From: Octopus sinensis
Lineage: Eukaryota
DNA: 64,000 bases
Direction: 5' to 3'
Assembly (NCBI RefSeq): GCF_006345805.1
Contig: NC_043002.1
Span: forward strand, 8,246,001-8,310,000
Shown here piece after piece: positions 37,201 through 48,900 of this stretch. The position numbers were made by a program, and so were the translations under genes. Numbering within the stretch: the stretch's first letter is position 1; the number at the start of each line of letters is the position of its first letter. The notes under the pieces were generated by a model. It was given only the letters and a program-made list of their open reading frames with translations. It had not been told where the DNA came from and did not search any database.

Positions 37201-37650
37201 TCTGTCTGGCAACCGTGTCGGTGGCACGTAAGAGCACCATCCGTTCGCGTCCGTTGCCAGCCTCGGCTGGCCCCCGTGCCGGTGACACGTAAAAGCACCG
37301 TCCGTTCGTGGCCGGTTGCCAGCTCTGTCTGGCCCCGTGTTGGTGGCACGTAAAAGCACCATCCGTTCGTGTCCGTTGCCAGCATCGCCTGGCCCCGTGC
37401 CGGTGACACGTAAAAGCACCATCCGTTCGTGGCCGTTCGCCAGCTCTGTCTGGCACCTGTGCAGGTGGCACGTAAAAAACACCCACTACACTCGCGGAGT
37501 GGTTGGCGTTAGGAAGGGCATCCAGCCGTAGAAACACTGCCAGATCTGACTGGGCCTGACGAAGCCTTCCAGCTTCACAGACCCCAGTTGACCCGTCCAA
37601 CCCATGCTAGCATGGAAAGCGGACGCTAAACGATGATGATGATGATGATG
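34210..37650 (+). mobile_element. RTE-clade LINE, 5'-truncated, frameshifted, with full 3' UTR and (GAT)n tail
   Basis: C-terminal AP-endonuclease (NKEGTRLLEFC..NTNF..SQIDYIL), RT motifs (KAPGPSG, QFGFVPGKSTTDAIF, FVDMEKAFD, GVHQGSVLSPLLF, LYADD) and C-terminus (MLHGSETW..RLRWYGHV..GRPRKTW) ending at 36786. Apparent frameshifts near 35540, 35630, 35720 and 35980. Flanked by a 5-bp TSD ACACC (34205-34209 / 37651-37655). Confidence 0.95.
36850..37480 (+). repeat. Minisatellite of about 11 x 60-62 bp units inside the RTE 3' UTR
   Basis: The anchor TAAAAGCACC (with minor variants) recurs at about 61-bp spacing from ~36863 to ~37473. Two unit types largely alternate. Confidence 0.95.
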
Positions 37651-37651
37651 A

Positions 37652-39197
37652 CACCCAGAACCATGCTAATAGCTTAGGAGTAAAATTTAGGATTTCTCGG
37701 TTTTCTGTGACTTGATTTTCATAAATCTTTTCCCAGTTGGTTTTCACCCTATGGCAGCATTTCTTTTACCATTCTGAGTAACATCCTTTCTTTCTTATTT
37801 TTCAGATTCTTCAGTTTTTGGGGTGAACCACACTAATACCTTTTGAATTAAAATAACCCATCTAGACATTTCTTTCAGAAAATGAAGGGTAATGATACAT
37901 ATTAAGTATACATTGAGTATATATTTAAAAGAAAACCATAATAATATTATAACTTTTATTGACATAATGAATTATTTAGCCACCTTGGAGCCTGGCGCAG
38001 CCATCTGGTTTGCCAGCCCTCCGTCAAAATCATCCAACCCATGCTAGCATGGAAGGCGGACGTTAAACGATAATGATGATGATGAGCACCGTTTTGACAG
38101 ATAACTTCAAAAATCCTATTAGACATGGAATCTGTCAATTTCTTAATGGTAGCAGGTAGGACTGCCTCTGCTGCAGCTTTGGTGGTCACCCATAAGACAT
38201 CTTTTGACGTAAATTGGCATCAGTTGGCATAAACATCTTGTTTAATAATGGACCAAAGATTTTTGATAGGGTTGAGATCCGGAGGTGCTAGGGGCCACAC
38301 CTTCAACCTTTCACCTTGTATGCCATAAGACCCTAGGACTGTTTAGGTGATCCTGGCAGAGTGGGAGAGAGCATTGTCATGCATGAATACGAGATTCCTT
38401 AGAAGTGACAGCAGTATGTCATCTAGCCAAGGGATCCAAGTCTTCCTTCAGGAGATTGCAGTAGGTGGCTATGGTCACTTTAACCCCTCCAGGCACTCTG
38501 ACTGGGCCAACAAGTCTGTCCTCAATCATATCAGCCCACAACATGACTCCTCGACCCTGTTGTTGACATCATAAAGGTTGATGATGCTCAAATCCAAAAT
38601 AGACCCAACCATTTGCCCAACCGGCAGGTTTGTCAAGGTCACCCTGGTTTTGTCAGTGAACAGAACACGACTCATTGAGGCCTCAAACTCCTGTGAGGAA
38701 GTAGTTTCAGTTTCAGGGGTTCTTGTTTCCTGAGGATGTGATTTCTGGTGGTTTTCAGTACATGAGGAAATCTGGAGGTGATGAAAATGGCCTTGCTTGT
38801 TTGTCCAGGTTTCCCATGCAACTTGTGGACAATATTACTTAAATCCCTAACTTTCACAGTCTTGGAGATCCCACAATCGGATTGTTTCTTGCTGTGGCTA
38901 AATAATTATGTCAATAAATGTTATATTATTATGGTTTTCTGTTAATACTCAATGTATCCTTAATATTTATCATTATCCTTCATTTTCTGACAAAAAAAAA
39001 AAATGTCAAGATGGGCTGAAGAATCTGAAATAAAAAGGAAAGGATGTTACATAGAATTAAGAAAACATAATTGGCCCAGTCAAGGTGCCTGGAGGGGTTA
39101 AAGTGACCACAGCTGGGAAAAGTTTTATCAAAATCAATCCACAGAAAACTGAGAAATCCTAAATTTCACTCCCAAGCTATTAGTGTGGTTCTGGGTG
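37652..39197 (-). mobile_element. Tc1-family DNA transposon fossil with ~300-bp TIRs
   Basis: Termini CACCCAGAACC...GGTTCTGGGTG followed by TA. TIRs span ~37652-37980 and ~38895-39197. Minus-strand motifs: RVLFTDKTRV (~38660), VFMHDNALSH (~38375), PDLNPIKNLW (~38265). The first 4 bp (CACC) lie at 34206-34209, displaced by the RTE insertion. Confidence 0.85.
37985..38085 (+). mobile_element. Short RTE 3' end inserted in the Tc1 fossil
   Basis: CCATGCTAGCATGGAAGGCGGACGTTAAACGATAATGATG. Confidence 0.85.
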
Positions 39198-39218
39198 TAT
39201 ATATATATATATATATAT

Positions 39219-39472
39219 AAGTGATGTTTATCACTTCTTAAATATGGCTGTTCCATAGGAACTGATGTTACTACCATTTTAACCCCTGGAGGATACCTCC
39301 TCTGGCTGGTTGTTCAATGCAGTCTGCACCTGATATATAGGTGTTCACTTCCCTGATTGCAATATATATTGGGTGCAGATTGCATTAAACAACCAGGTGA
39401 AGGAGGTGTCCTCCTGGAGCTAACATCGGTTCCTACAGAACAGCCACATTTAAGTGGGGATAAACATTACTT
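39219..39472. mobile_element. Diverged fold-back MITE
   Basis: Imperfect inverted arms over most of its length, e.g. AAGTGATGTTTATC / GATAAACATTACTT and ATGGCTGTTCCATAGGAACTGATGTTA / TAACATCGGTTCCTACAGAACAGCCAC. It abuts a (TA)n tract. Confidence 0.7.
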
Positions 39473-39574
39473 TTCAGTATAGTTACTGCTTTCATCTCAG
39501 AGATTTTCTAACAAGCTAATATATATATATATATATAGCGAATCTTGCATGCATGAAGCGGATTCGATCCACCA

Positions 39575-39980
39575 TAGCCAAATTTAAATCAACACTGCCT
39601 GTGCTTGTAGGGTGCCAAGAGCACCATCCGAGTGTGATCGTTGCCAGAGCAGCCAACTGGCTTCCGTGCCAGTGGCACATAAAAGGGCACCATTCAAGCG
39701 TGATCGTTACCAACGTCGCCTTACTGGCACCTGTGCTGGTGGCATGTGTAAAATGATTCGAGCGAGGTCGTTGCCAGTACCTCCTGACTGGCCTCCATGC
39801 CGGTGGAACGTGAAAAGCACCCACTACACTCTCGGAGTGGATGGCATTAGGAAGGGCATCCAGCTGTAGAAACTCTGCCAGATCAAGACTGGAGCCTGGT
39901 GCAACTATCTGGTTCGCCAGCCCTTAGTCAAAATCGTCCAACCCATGCTAGTATGGAAGGCGGACGTTAAACGATGATGA
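39575..39980 (+). mobile_element. RTE 3' UTR copy with array
   Basis: Array units plus terminal motifs and (GAT)n. Confidence 0.9.
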
Positions 39981-40860
39981 CTGCAACAGAACTTTTCCCA
40001 CGATGGAACAATGGTTTTTCTCTGACAGCAGTTTTACATTTTCCAGATGCCCTTTAGCTAGGCCCGAAACAATGTCTTCACCACTTGACCCTTTCTAACC
40101 TCTTCTACTTCACCAAAGGCTAGAATAGATAACAAGACCACCAAATAAATCTATTGTTCTCAACGATATATCTATCCTTCTGGATCTTAATATAAGCAAG
40201 CACACCCCAAGCAAAAATCAGTTAGTCATCAGCCGGGTGACGACTCAACCAGAGTTCGTCACAGTCATGACAACTCAACGAGGTCTGGCTGACCAGCCTT
40301 GGTCAGAGAGAGAGAGAAACGAAGTTTACTGCCAGCAACTTGAGACAACACCTAACAAGTCTCTCTAGCTCTAATTCCATTCTCTTACAACATCATTCTA
40401 TCTCTCTCTGAAATTACTACTAACTATTCGTTTACTCCAAACTACAGCAACAAACTTTACTTCACATGCTTTTGGATTTATCACAACCTGCCCGTCGAGG
40501 CAAGGTAATTATAACGTAACGGTAAATAAATACTTTCTATAAACTTTATGAATTGTTCATCTTACACATTTTACAACTTGCCGTGATAACAACAAACTCT
40601 TATCGTCACAACTGCTGACCACGACATCATCACAATAATGTTTACTAAACACTTTCTACCGTTACAATTGGTAACCACACCAAAACATATTTCCGTTACA
40701 TATAATAAGTATTAAAATTGCTTTAAAACAAAGAATGGAGCATATACATGAACTATTGTGGTGCATTTAAGTTTTTTAAATGTCTTGGCATTTTTTCACT
40801 AACTTTAAAAAATTGCAACAAACCGGCTGACAGGACACAGTATATAAGTGTGCTACCCTC

Positions 40861-41064
40861 TTTTACTTGTTTCAGTCAGTTGACTGTGGCCATGCTGGGG
40901 CACCGCCTTTAATCGAGAAACACGAACCCGGGACTTATTCTTTTGTAAGCCCAGTACTTATTCTATCGGTCTCTTTTGCCGAACCGCTAAGTAACGGGGA
41001 CATAAACACACCAGCATCGGTTGTCAAGTAATGCTAGGGGGACAAACACAGACACACACACACA

Positions 41065-41109
<45 letters not shown>

Positions 41110-41240
41110 CACGACAGGCTTCTTTCAGTTTCCGTCTACCAAATCCACTCACAAGGCTTTGGTCGGCCCGAGGCTATAGTAGAAGACACCTGCCCAAGGT
41201 GCCATGTGGTTGGTAAACAAGCTAATTACCACACAGCCAA
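40861..41240 (-). mobile_element. SINE family C (internal deletion in head)
   Basis: Tail, core and A box present; the B-box region is deleted. Confidence 0.88.
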
Positions 41241-41454
41241 TACAGCATTTTAAAATGTCTAACTTAAAAAGCTCTCTCATTGGGTTCTGAATTTCGTGGC
41301 ACCCTGTACATAGGCCACCAAATGATCAAAATGTCTTATCAATGGTTTCAATGCATGCTACTCAAACACTCTACTGATTCAGAGAATGTAGATGCCACTG
41401 GCACTAGATTTCCGCTGAGTTTTTAGCCATCTAACTTGGATCTCTCTCATTTAG

Positions 41455-41537
41455 GACCATGGAAAACTATATTGTCATAAAAGACTAGGTACGAGAAACA
41501 GTGTTGCATTACAAGTCTGGGGACTGAGAAATTCCAG
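41455..41537 (+). CDS. Candidate internal exon of an unidentified gene
   Basis: TCTCTCTCATTTAG acceptor, CAG|GTTAGT donor and an open frame DHGKLYCHKRLGTRNSVALQVWGLRNS in unique sequence. No family recognised. Confidence 0.3.
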
Positions 41538-41590
41538 GTTAGTGCCTAATATGCTCTCAGGTCACTTGCACCTTTAGCTTTTATTAAACC

Positions 41591-41965
41591 ACTAGCACTA
41601 TGACCCAGCAACGTCGGGTCATAGTGCTAGTGCATGCATATACAGCTGTGTGCATGCACACATACACGCGAGTACTGTCCAAATCTCCAACCAATCACAT
41701 ACAGCTAACTGGCATTCAATTGGCGTATCAAGTTTCGAGCATTTTGATTGGGTTTTGGATAGAAAATTCACAAAAAAAGTCACTTCTATTGATTTTTTAA
41801 TGGCTTTGTGGGGTGACTGGGGAAATGTAAAGATGTGCACCACCACCATTGGATGGTTTTGAATGACCATAGAAAGTGTGAGCCCTCTAACTGAAATATT
41901 GTGGATTTGTATAAAGGACACGCGCACACACACACAGACATTTTGCCATTTATATATAGAGAGAT
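41591..41965 (+). mobile_element. Helentron-associated (DINE-1/HINE-like) element
   Basis: 5' ACTAGC with a 17-bp perfect hairpin (41590-41632); 3' ACACACAGACA..TTTATATATAGAGAGAT. Confidence 0.65.
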
Positions 41966-42204
41966 ATCTTGTGGAGAAGGCAATACTATATCTAAAGATA
42001 CTCTGATAGTATAACTGGGCACAGCCTGAAAAAACCTCCACTATCTATGAAGAGGTGAAGGTTAAAAAAGTCAATCTCAACAGTAAACTGGGTTGGAAGA
42101 AAACTTGGACCCATCAACCCTATTCATCCCCAAAAAGAATCTGTTTGAAGATGCAACAAATATTTCCATCCTGCTAGTTGAGGGTGAGAATATTCATCTA
42201 TTTA

Positions 42205-42785
42205 TAACCCTGCTTGCGAAGACCTGTTGAGGCAAGTGAAATCAAAATCAAAGTGAAATTCAATGAAGGGCACGAGCACCATACGAGCGTGACCGTTGAC
42301 AGAACGCCCAACCGGCTTCCATGCCAGTGGTACATAAAAGGCACCATTCAAGTGTGATCGTTACCAGCTTCGCCTTACTGGCACTTGTGCTCCGTGCTAG
42401 TAGGGTGCTAAGAGCACCATCCGAGCGTGATCATTGCCAGAGCGGCTAACTGGCTTCCGTGCCGGTGGCATGAAGGAGGCACCATTCAAGCGGGATTGTT
42501 ACCAGCATCGCCTTACTGGCACCTGTACCGTTGGCATGTGCAAAAAGATTCAAGCGAGGTCATTGCCAGTACCGCCTGACTGGCCCCCGTGCTGGTGGCA
42601 CGTAAAAAGCACCCACTACACTCTCGAAGTGGTTGGCATTAGGAAGGGCATCCAGCTGTAGAAACACTGCCAGATCAAGACTGGAGCCTGGTGTAGCCGT
42701 CTGGTTCGCCAGCCCTCAGTCAAAATCGTCCAACCCATGCTAGCATGGAAAGCGGACGTTAAACGACGACGATGGTGATGATGAT
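42205..42785 (+). mobile_element. RTE 3' UTR copy with array
   Basis: Begins CTGCTTGCGAAGACCTGTTGAGGCAAGTGAAATC and ends with the stem-loop and (GAT)n. Confidence 0.9.
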
Positions 42786-43059
42786 TCCGTGTAGAAGATT
42801 TAATACTCCTCCAATAAACACTACAGAACACTGTGTTGAGTACAGGATCTCCATGTCTTTGTGGTCTAGAAACGATTAACCTCCTTGACCTAATCTCTGT
42901 TCTATCCTAGATTTTTATTGCTCTCGATCTTCTCATGAAAAAAGTTAAGTATCAGTGGTGAAAGAAACAATAAAATCTTTGTAGGTGAGTGTGTGAGTGT
43001 ATGTCTTTGTCCGTACGCGTGTGTTTGTGTCTGTCTATGTATGTGTGAGTGTGTATGTT

Positions 43060-44080
43060 GTATATGTGCTTACATGACAAACACAGACATATATAGACAT
43101 TTACCATTCGTACGTACACGCACGCACGCACACATTTGTACACATGCATTTGTCATAGTCCAGACACGCATACACAGACACAGGCACCATCACACACACA
43201 CTCTCTCTCTCTTACCTAAACATACATACACATATACGTCTTAATATACAAACATTTATGGGCACATATCAATACTATTACACACACATACAAACACACA
43301 AACGCAGACACACACACACAAACACGCGTGCGCGCGCACACACACACACGTACACATCAGTTATTACAAGATACATTTGAAAATATTTATCCATTCTTTG
43401 TGTTACTCTATGCTGTGTATTTTTTTTTTCGTCTGCCGCTACGTTCTGAGTTCAAATTCAAAGGTCGACTTTGCCTTTCATCCTTTCGGGGTCGATTAAA
43501 TAAGTACCAGTTACGCACTGGGGTCGATGTAATCGACTTAATCTGTTTGTCTGTCCTTGTTTGTCCTCTCTGTGTTTAGCCCCTTGTGGGTAGTAAAGAA
43601 ATAGGTATTTCTTTACACACACATTTGCACATACATATACAAACACATACACACAACTGTATGCAAACTAACGCTAACTACACATATGCATGCTCACGCA
43701 CACGTACATACACACGCACGCACCTAGTAACATGTACATAAACACACAATCAAACAACATATGATAGGTATATATCCTAATTATAAGTCCACAAACACAC
43801 ACATACATACATGCACATACACATATTAACTTATAGATATTATTCAATCATCGACATCCGAACGCAAACAAAGCAGTTTGAAGGTGTGTTTACTCATACA
43901 CATACATACACTTAGATATTCATCATACACATATACATATATTTAGATATTCATATAAACACATGCATATATAAACACACACATATAAACATATGCACAC
44001 ACACACACACGCACACACATACACATGCTTGTACATACATATTCTACAGGAGCACACATACACACACACACACACACATC
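43060..44080. repeat. (CA)/(CATA)-rich low-complexity region
   Basis: Directly visible; interrupted by a SINE B. Confidence 0.85.
43428..43616 (+). mobile_element. SINE family B, 5'-truncated
   Basis: B box, core and tail. A head-only fragment also lies at 44422-44510. Confidence 0.85.
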
Positions 44081-44529
44081 AGCTGTCACGTGGACACTTG
44101 TGTTCTAAAATAAACTTGAGCTAAAAGCAGGAAATCTCAGCAGCAGATGATACCATGTCCTGGTGACATGGTATTTTTTTTCTAATTCCATTTCCAGAGG
44201 TCAGACCCAAAGACGAAAAGAAAATATCCTTTACACACACACACACACACACATAGAGTGAGAGAGAGAGAATGCATCTGTCTGTCTGTCTATCTATCTA
44301 TCTGTCTGCCTGCCTGCCTGTCTCTGTCTATCAATCTATCAGTGTCTGTCTGTCTATCTATCTATCTATCTGCCTGTCTGTCTGTCTATCAATCAACCAA
44401 TCACTATTATTATTATTATTGCCATGCTGGCAGAATCGTTAGCATTCCGGGCAAAATGTTTAGCGGTATTTTGCCCATCGCTATGTTCGAAGTTCGAATA
44501 CTGCCAAGGTTTTGGAATATTATTTATTT

Positions 44530-44887
44530 GGCACTTGTGCCCCGTGCTAGTAGGGTGCCAAGAGCACCATCCGAGCATGATCGTTGCCAGAGCAGCCAAC
44601 TGGCCTCTGTGCCGGTGGCACGTAAAAAACACCATTCGAGCATGATCGTTATCAACATCGCCTTACTGGCACCTGTAAAATGATTTGAGCGAGGTCATTG
44701 CCAGTACCGCCTGACTGGCGCCCGTGCTGGTGGCATGTAAAAAGCACCCACTACACTCTTGGAGTGATTGGCATTAAGAAGGGTATCCAGTTGTAGAAAC
44801 TTTGCCAGATCAAGATTGGAGCCTGGTGCAGCCATCTGGTTTGCCAGCCGTCAGTCGAAAGCGGACGTTAAACGATGATGATGATGA
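44530..44887 (+). mobile_element. RTE 3' UTR copy (terminal hairpin deleted)
   Basis: Array and GGAAGGGTATCC are present. The sequence runs CAGTC|GAAAGCGGACG, lacking the CCATGCTAGCATGG segment. Confidence 0.85.
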
Positions 44888-45329
44888 TACATACATATTA
44901 TTGTGTCTGGAGAGGGGATGGTCATATTTTGACAATTAAACCTATGGAGCAATATATTTGGTTTTCACTTCAGCTTTATTATTATTATTATTTTAGTTTG
45001 TTTGGTAAATTTTCTTTCATCACAACCTGTGACCTCTTCAGTGACTCTCTCTCCCACATATCTCCTCTTGTTCTGCTAATTCCATTTTCTCTTTCTGTGG
45101 TATTATCTGTGCATAAATTTTCATTTATGTGCATGTGTGTGTCAATGTATGTTGTGTATGTATATGGGTTTGCTTATTACACTGTACCCATGTCTTTTAT
45201 ATATTTATTTTTTCCTTTCTCATTCTGTCATTAGTATGTGTATGTATGTCTTGTGTGTATGTATATGGGCTTATGTATTACACGGTTTGTATCTGTATCT
45301 TTCTCGTTCTGTTTTTAGTTATCAGGTTG

Positions 45330-45610
45330 TGGAGTGGGGTGGGGGTGTTATTCCATTCATGTTTTCTGTTGATGGTTGGTCTATTTACTTCAATGTGTGT
45401 GGCCTCCATAATCTGTCTGAGTGCTGTGTCTGTTCTGTGTTGACATTCTCTTAACATCTGTGTCATTAACTGAGTCTCCATGCTCTAATTGAGCATGTTG
45501 GTAGAGCACTGACAAGCTTTTCTCCTCTTTGAGCTCCTGCCAATGTTCATTTATCTGTTCATCTATGCTGTGTGCTGTCTCCCCAATGTATGTCATCCTA
45601 TTTCTGTACT
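45330..45610 (-). mobile_element. Penelope-like GIY-YIG endonuclease remnant
   Basis: TYIGETAHSIDEQINEHWQ..LYQHAQLEH, then (frameshifted) RQIMEATHIEVNRPTINRKHEW, typical of the PLE endonuclease C-terminus. Confidence 0.75.
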
Positions 45611-45986
45611 ATCAGTCAGTATACCTTATGCCATAAACAACATTCCTAAAAAAACAAGATACAGATACAAAAAGTGTAATACATAAACCCATGTACACAC
45701 ACAAAAGACACACATACATATACTAAAGACAGAATAAGAAAGGAAAAAGTAAATAAATAAAAGACATGAGTACAAACAGTGTAATAAGTAAACCCATATG
45801 CACGCACATAAGAAACATATACTAAACACATAGATGTGCATGCACATGCTCACACACACATGCACACGCACACACACACGTGCGCATGCACACAGAAGCA
45901 GACACAAAAGCATGCACAGATAGAGATACATGACACAGAAAAACAAAATGGAATAAGCAGGACAAGAGTTATGAAAAGGTCACAGA

Positions 45987-48900
45987 ATCATTATCATCAT
46001 CCAGTGTTTTAAATCCAAGTTTTTGTCCCTGTTAATGGGGGTGGCCGGATCTACCTCAATGCCATTGCAACTGCCCTCACACCATCTTGCCATCTTGCCT
46101 GGTTTTGGGTGTCCTTCTTTTTCAAACCAACCCTCCCAATCTCCTCCTTCCCTTGTCCCCTCCACCTTTTCCTCGGTCTACCCCACTTTTGCACTCCATT
46201 TACCTCAAACACAATCACCCTCCCTCCCCAGAACATGCTTCTTCTTCCCTCCTCAACACATGCCCAAACCACTTCACTCCATTTGCCCTTGCCAACCTTT
46301 CCACCGATTCCTCCAACCCAAGCATCCCCATCAAATCCTCAGTCCTCCCCTTATCAAACAGCTTCTCTCCACACATTTATCTCACCACTGCTCTCTCAGT
46401 CCTCAAAATTACCATCTTTCTCCCCCTCAGACACAATGTTTCACTCCCATACAACATTGCAGCTCTCACACAACTCTTATGGACCCTTCCTTTCATCTTC
46501 AATGAGAACCTTTTCCCATATAACAACACTCCACATTCCCTGAGCTTCTCCCAGCCAAGTCTCACTCTTGCTGTCACAGCTGCTTCACATCCACCTCTTA
46601 CATCCACCCTATCTCCCAAATAACAAAACCCTCTCACCATTTCCACCTCGTCACATAGCGTTTCCACTGGTTCCGCCAGCCCTCCAGCTCCTTTCTCACA
46701 TCTTCCACAATCAAACTCTCTCGCCAGTCTTGGGGTTACCTTCTTCATTTTCGTACATCTACCATGAATCCATTTTCGCATCTTGTACACAACACCACAT
46801 TTGCCATTACCCTCCTCTCACACACACCACATGGATCCACCTTACTCACTAACACTTCTCCTTCCACCCTGCTCACCTTCACCTTTGTCTTCCTGGGGTT
46901 TGCCTTCAAATCTTTGCTTTCAAACGCCTCTTCCCATTTCCAAAACTTCTCCCTCAATCCCTCCATCATCTCACTCATCAGAACAAGGTCATCATCCACA
47001 TACAGCATCTCCATTATCAATCCCTCTCTTGCACTCTCCATCACCACATCAACCACTATTGCAATTATGGTATAGAAATAGGATCACATACGGTCATATC
47101 GTATAAGAGACACAGTCGCACACGATCCCATTCTTAATAAGTCTTTACTGACCAGTTTTACATGCAGCGGCAAAACACATAAGTGGAATAACAAGAAGAT
47201 TTCTTTTTGAGATATATACATTATTTATTTTACATATTTTACAATCATGCTTGATGTTGGAAGTTTGTAAGTGTTAGCATGTTTTTGTGTCTGTGTGTTC
47301 GTGAGGCGTAAAAGGTACTGACCAGTGAAATGACAATGGAATTTGGTTCACAGTTCATGTTGTTGGTATCAGCCTGGCAACAGGTAGTAACAGATGGCTT
47401 AAGGTAGTTCTTAGAAGAACTAGAACCCAAGAACAGATAATTGATTTACCGTTTATGAGGTACAGTGTAAGAGTTCCATATCAAGATGTTGCGTCTCATA
47501 GTTGAGATTAATTGAATCACTCGTTGTGTTTATCTTTCTCTTGATATGATGTACTTCCAGATGTGTTAACTGTAGCCGTTTTTTCCGTGGTAAGATTTTC
47601 ACCTAACCGCTATAGCTGAATCTGTAGTTGTCTTGTGTACAAATTAAATCTTCGATGTTTGGCGATGAGTTGTGTCTGTCGCTTGGTTTTCGCTGCGTCT
47701 TCATTATACATTCTGCTTGGTTATTTTTCTCTAGTTATAGATATCCTGTAACCTTCTTTTCGTGGTGATATTTTCACACTAACAGTATGAGAGGTATCCG
47801 TAACATCTTGTATTAATGGTGGTCGCCTGCCTTTCGAACTGGAACTTGGTCGAGTATGCTCTGTGTGGTCAGAGGTTCGCCCTGAGAAGGACTAGAAACC
47901 TAAGACGAATACTTGTCTGAGAACCCTTGTTTTTATAAGGTTTATGTGGCTCCCAATGAACTTCAGAAATGGAAAGCTGTGATTGGCTACTTGGCACTAT
48001 GGCACGAAAATAAGCAGAGGCAAATCGCGTCACGTGATAACCAGCAGTGCGAACGTAGTAGAGACCACGTGTCAGCCAATCGAATTAGTGTTTACAACAA
48101 TGTTGAACTAGCCGAAGATGTTTGTAATCTCGAACGAGATTATTCTTAATACTCTTCTCAAACAGTGAAGATAGCAATGAGAGAACGATATTGCTACAAT
48201 GGCAACAACACAGATCCCTGATGCAGAACAGCTTTCATCACAAACTCCTCCAACAGCTCTGATTCAATTCTAACTCCTGTCTTTACCCCCCCATACAAAC
48301 TCATCACTGCCCTCACTATTACCTCTAGTACAGCTCTCTTCCTCAATGCCCACTCAATCACCTTCCTTGGAACCCTATCAAATGCCTTCTCCAGATCATC
48401 AAACCCTTCTCCTTATCTCGGTATTCCTCTTGCAATCTCCTTACAATGAACACTGCATCTATTGTCCCCCTTCCTGGCATAAAACCAAATTGTATCTCAT
48501 CCACATTCACCCGCTTCCGAATTCTCCTCTCCAACACCCTTTCCACTATCTTCATTGCATGCTCCAATAACTTCACTTCCTTATACACCCCACAGCTCAT
48601 CACATCCCCCTCCCCCTTGAAGATCGGTACCACCACACTTAGTGCCCAATCCCCTGGCATTCCTCTTCCATCCAGCACACCCTGGCAGAGCTCCATCATC
48701 ACAACAATCCCTATCTCTCCACTTGCAATTATCATTTCCACATTTACTTCTGATGGACCCCCTACCTTTCCCATTTTCATTTCCTTGATTGCCTCCACTA
48801 CTTCTTCCCGACTAACCCTCTCCACTGACCCCTCCACTACAACAACTTCCACCCTCTGATCCCATTCATTTTCCTCATTCATAATTCCCTCCATATGCTC

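Noticed and set aside
36850-37480. CRISPR-like array
   Set aside because: Units are contiguous near-identical repeats with no unique spacers, there are no cas genes, and the array sits inside a eukaryotic LINE 3' UTR.
36811-37600. Long minus-strand ORFs (223, 246 and 176 aa) and similar ORFs over other RTE tails
   Set aside because: They arise from the GC-rich, stop-poor minisatellite, are open in several frames and show no domain similarity.
40200-40700. LTR remnant (CCGTTACA followed by TGG..)
   Set aside because: An LTR-like 3' end is suggestive, but I found no matching TG start or TSD, so it is unsupported.
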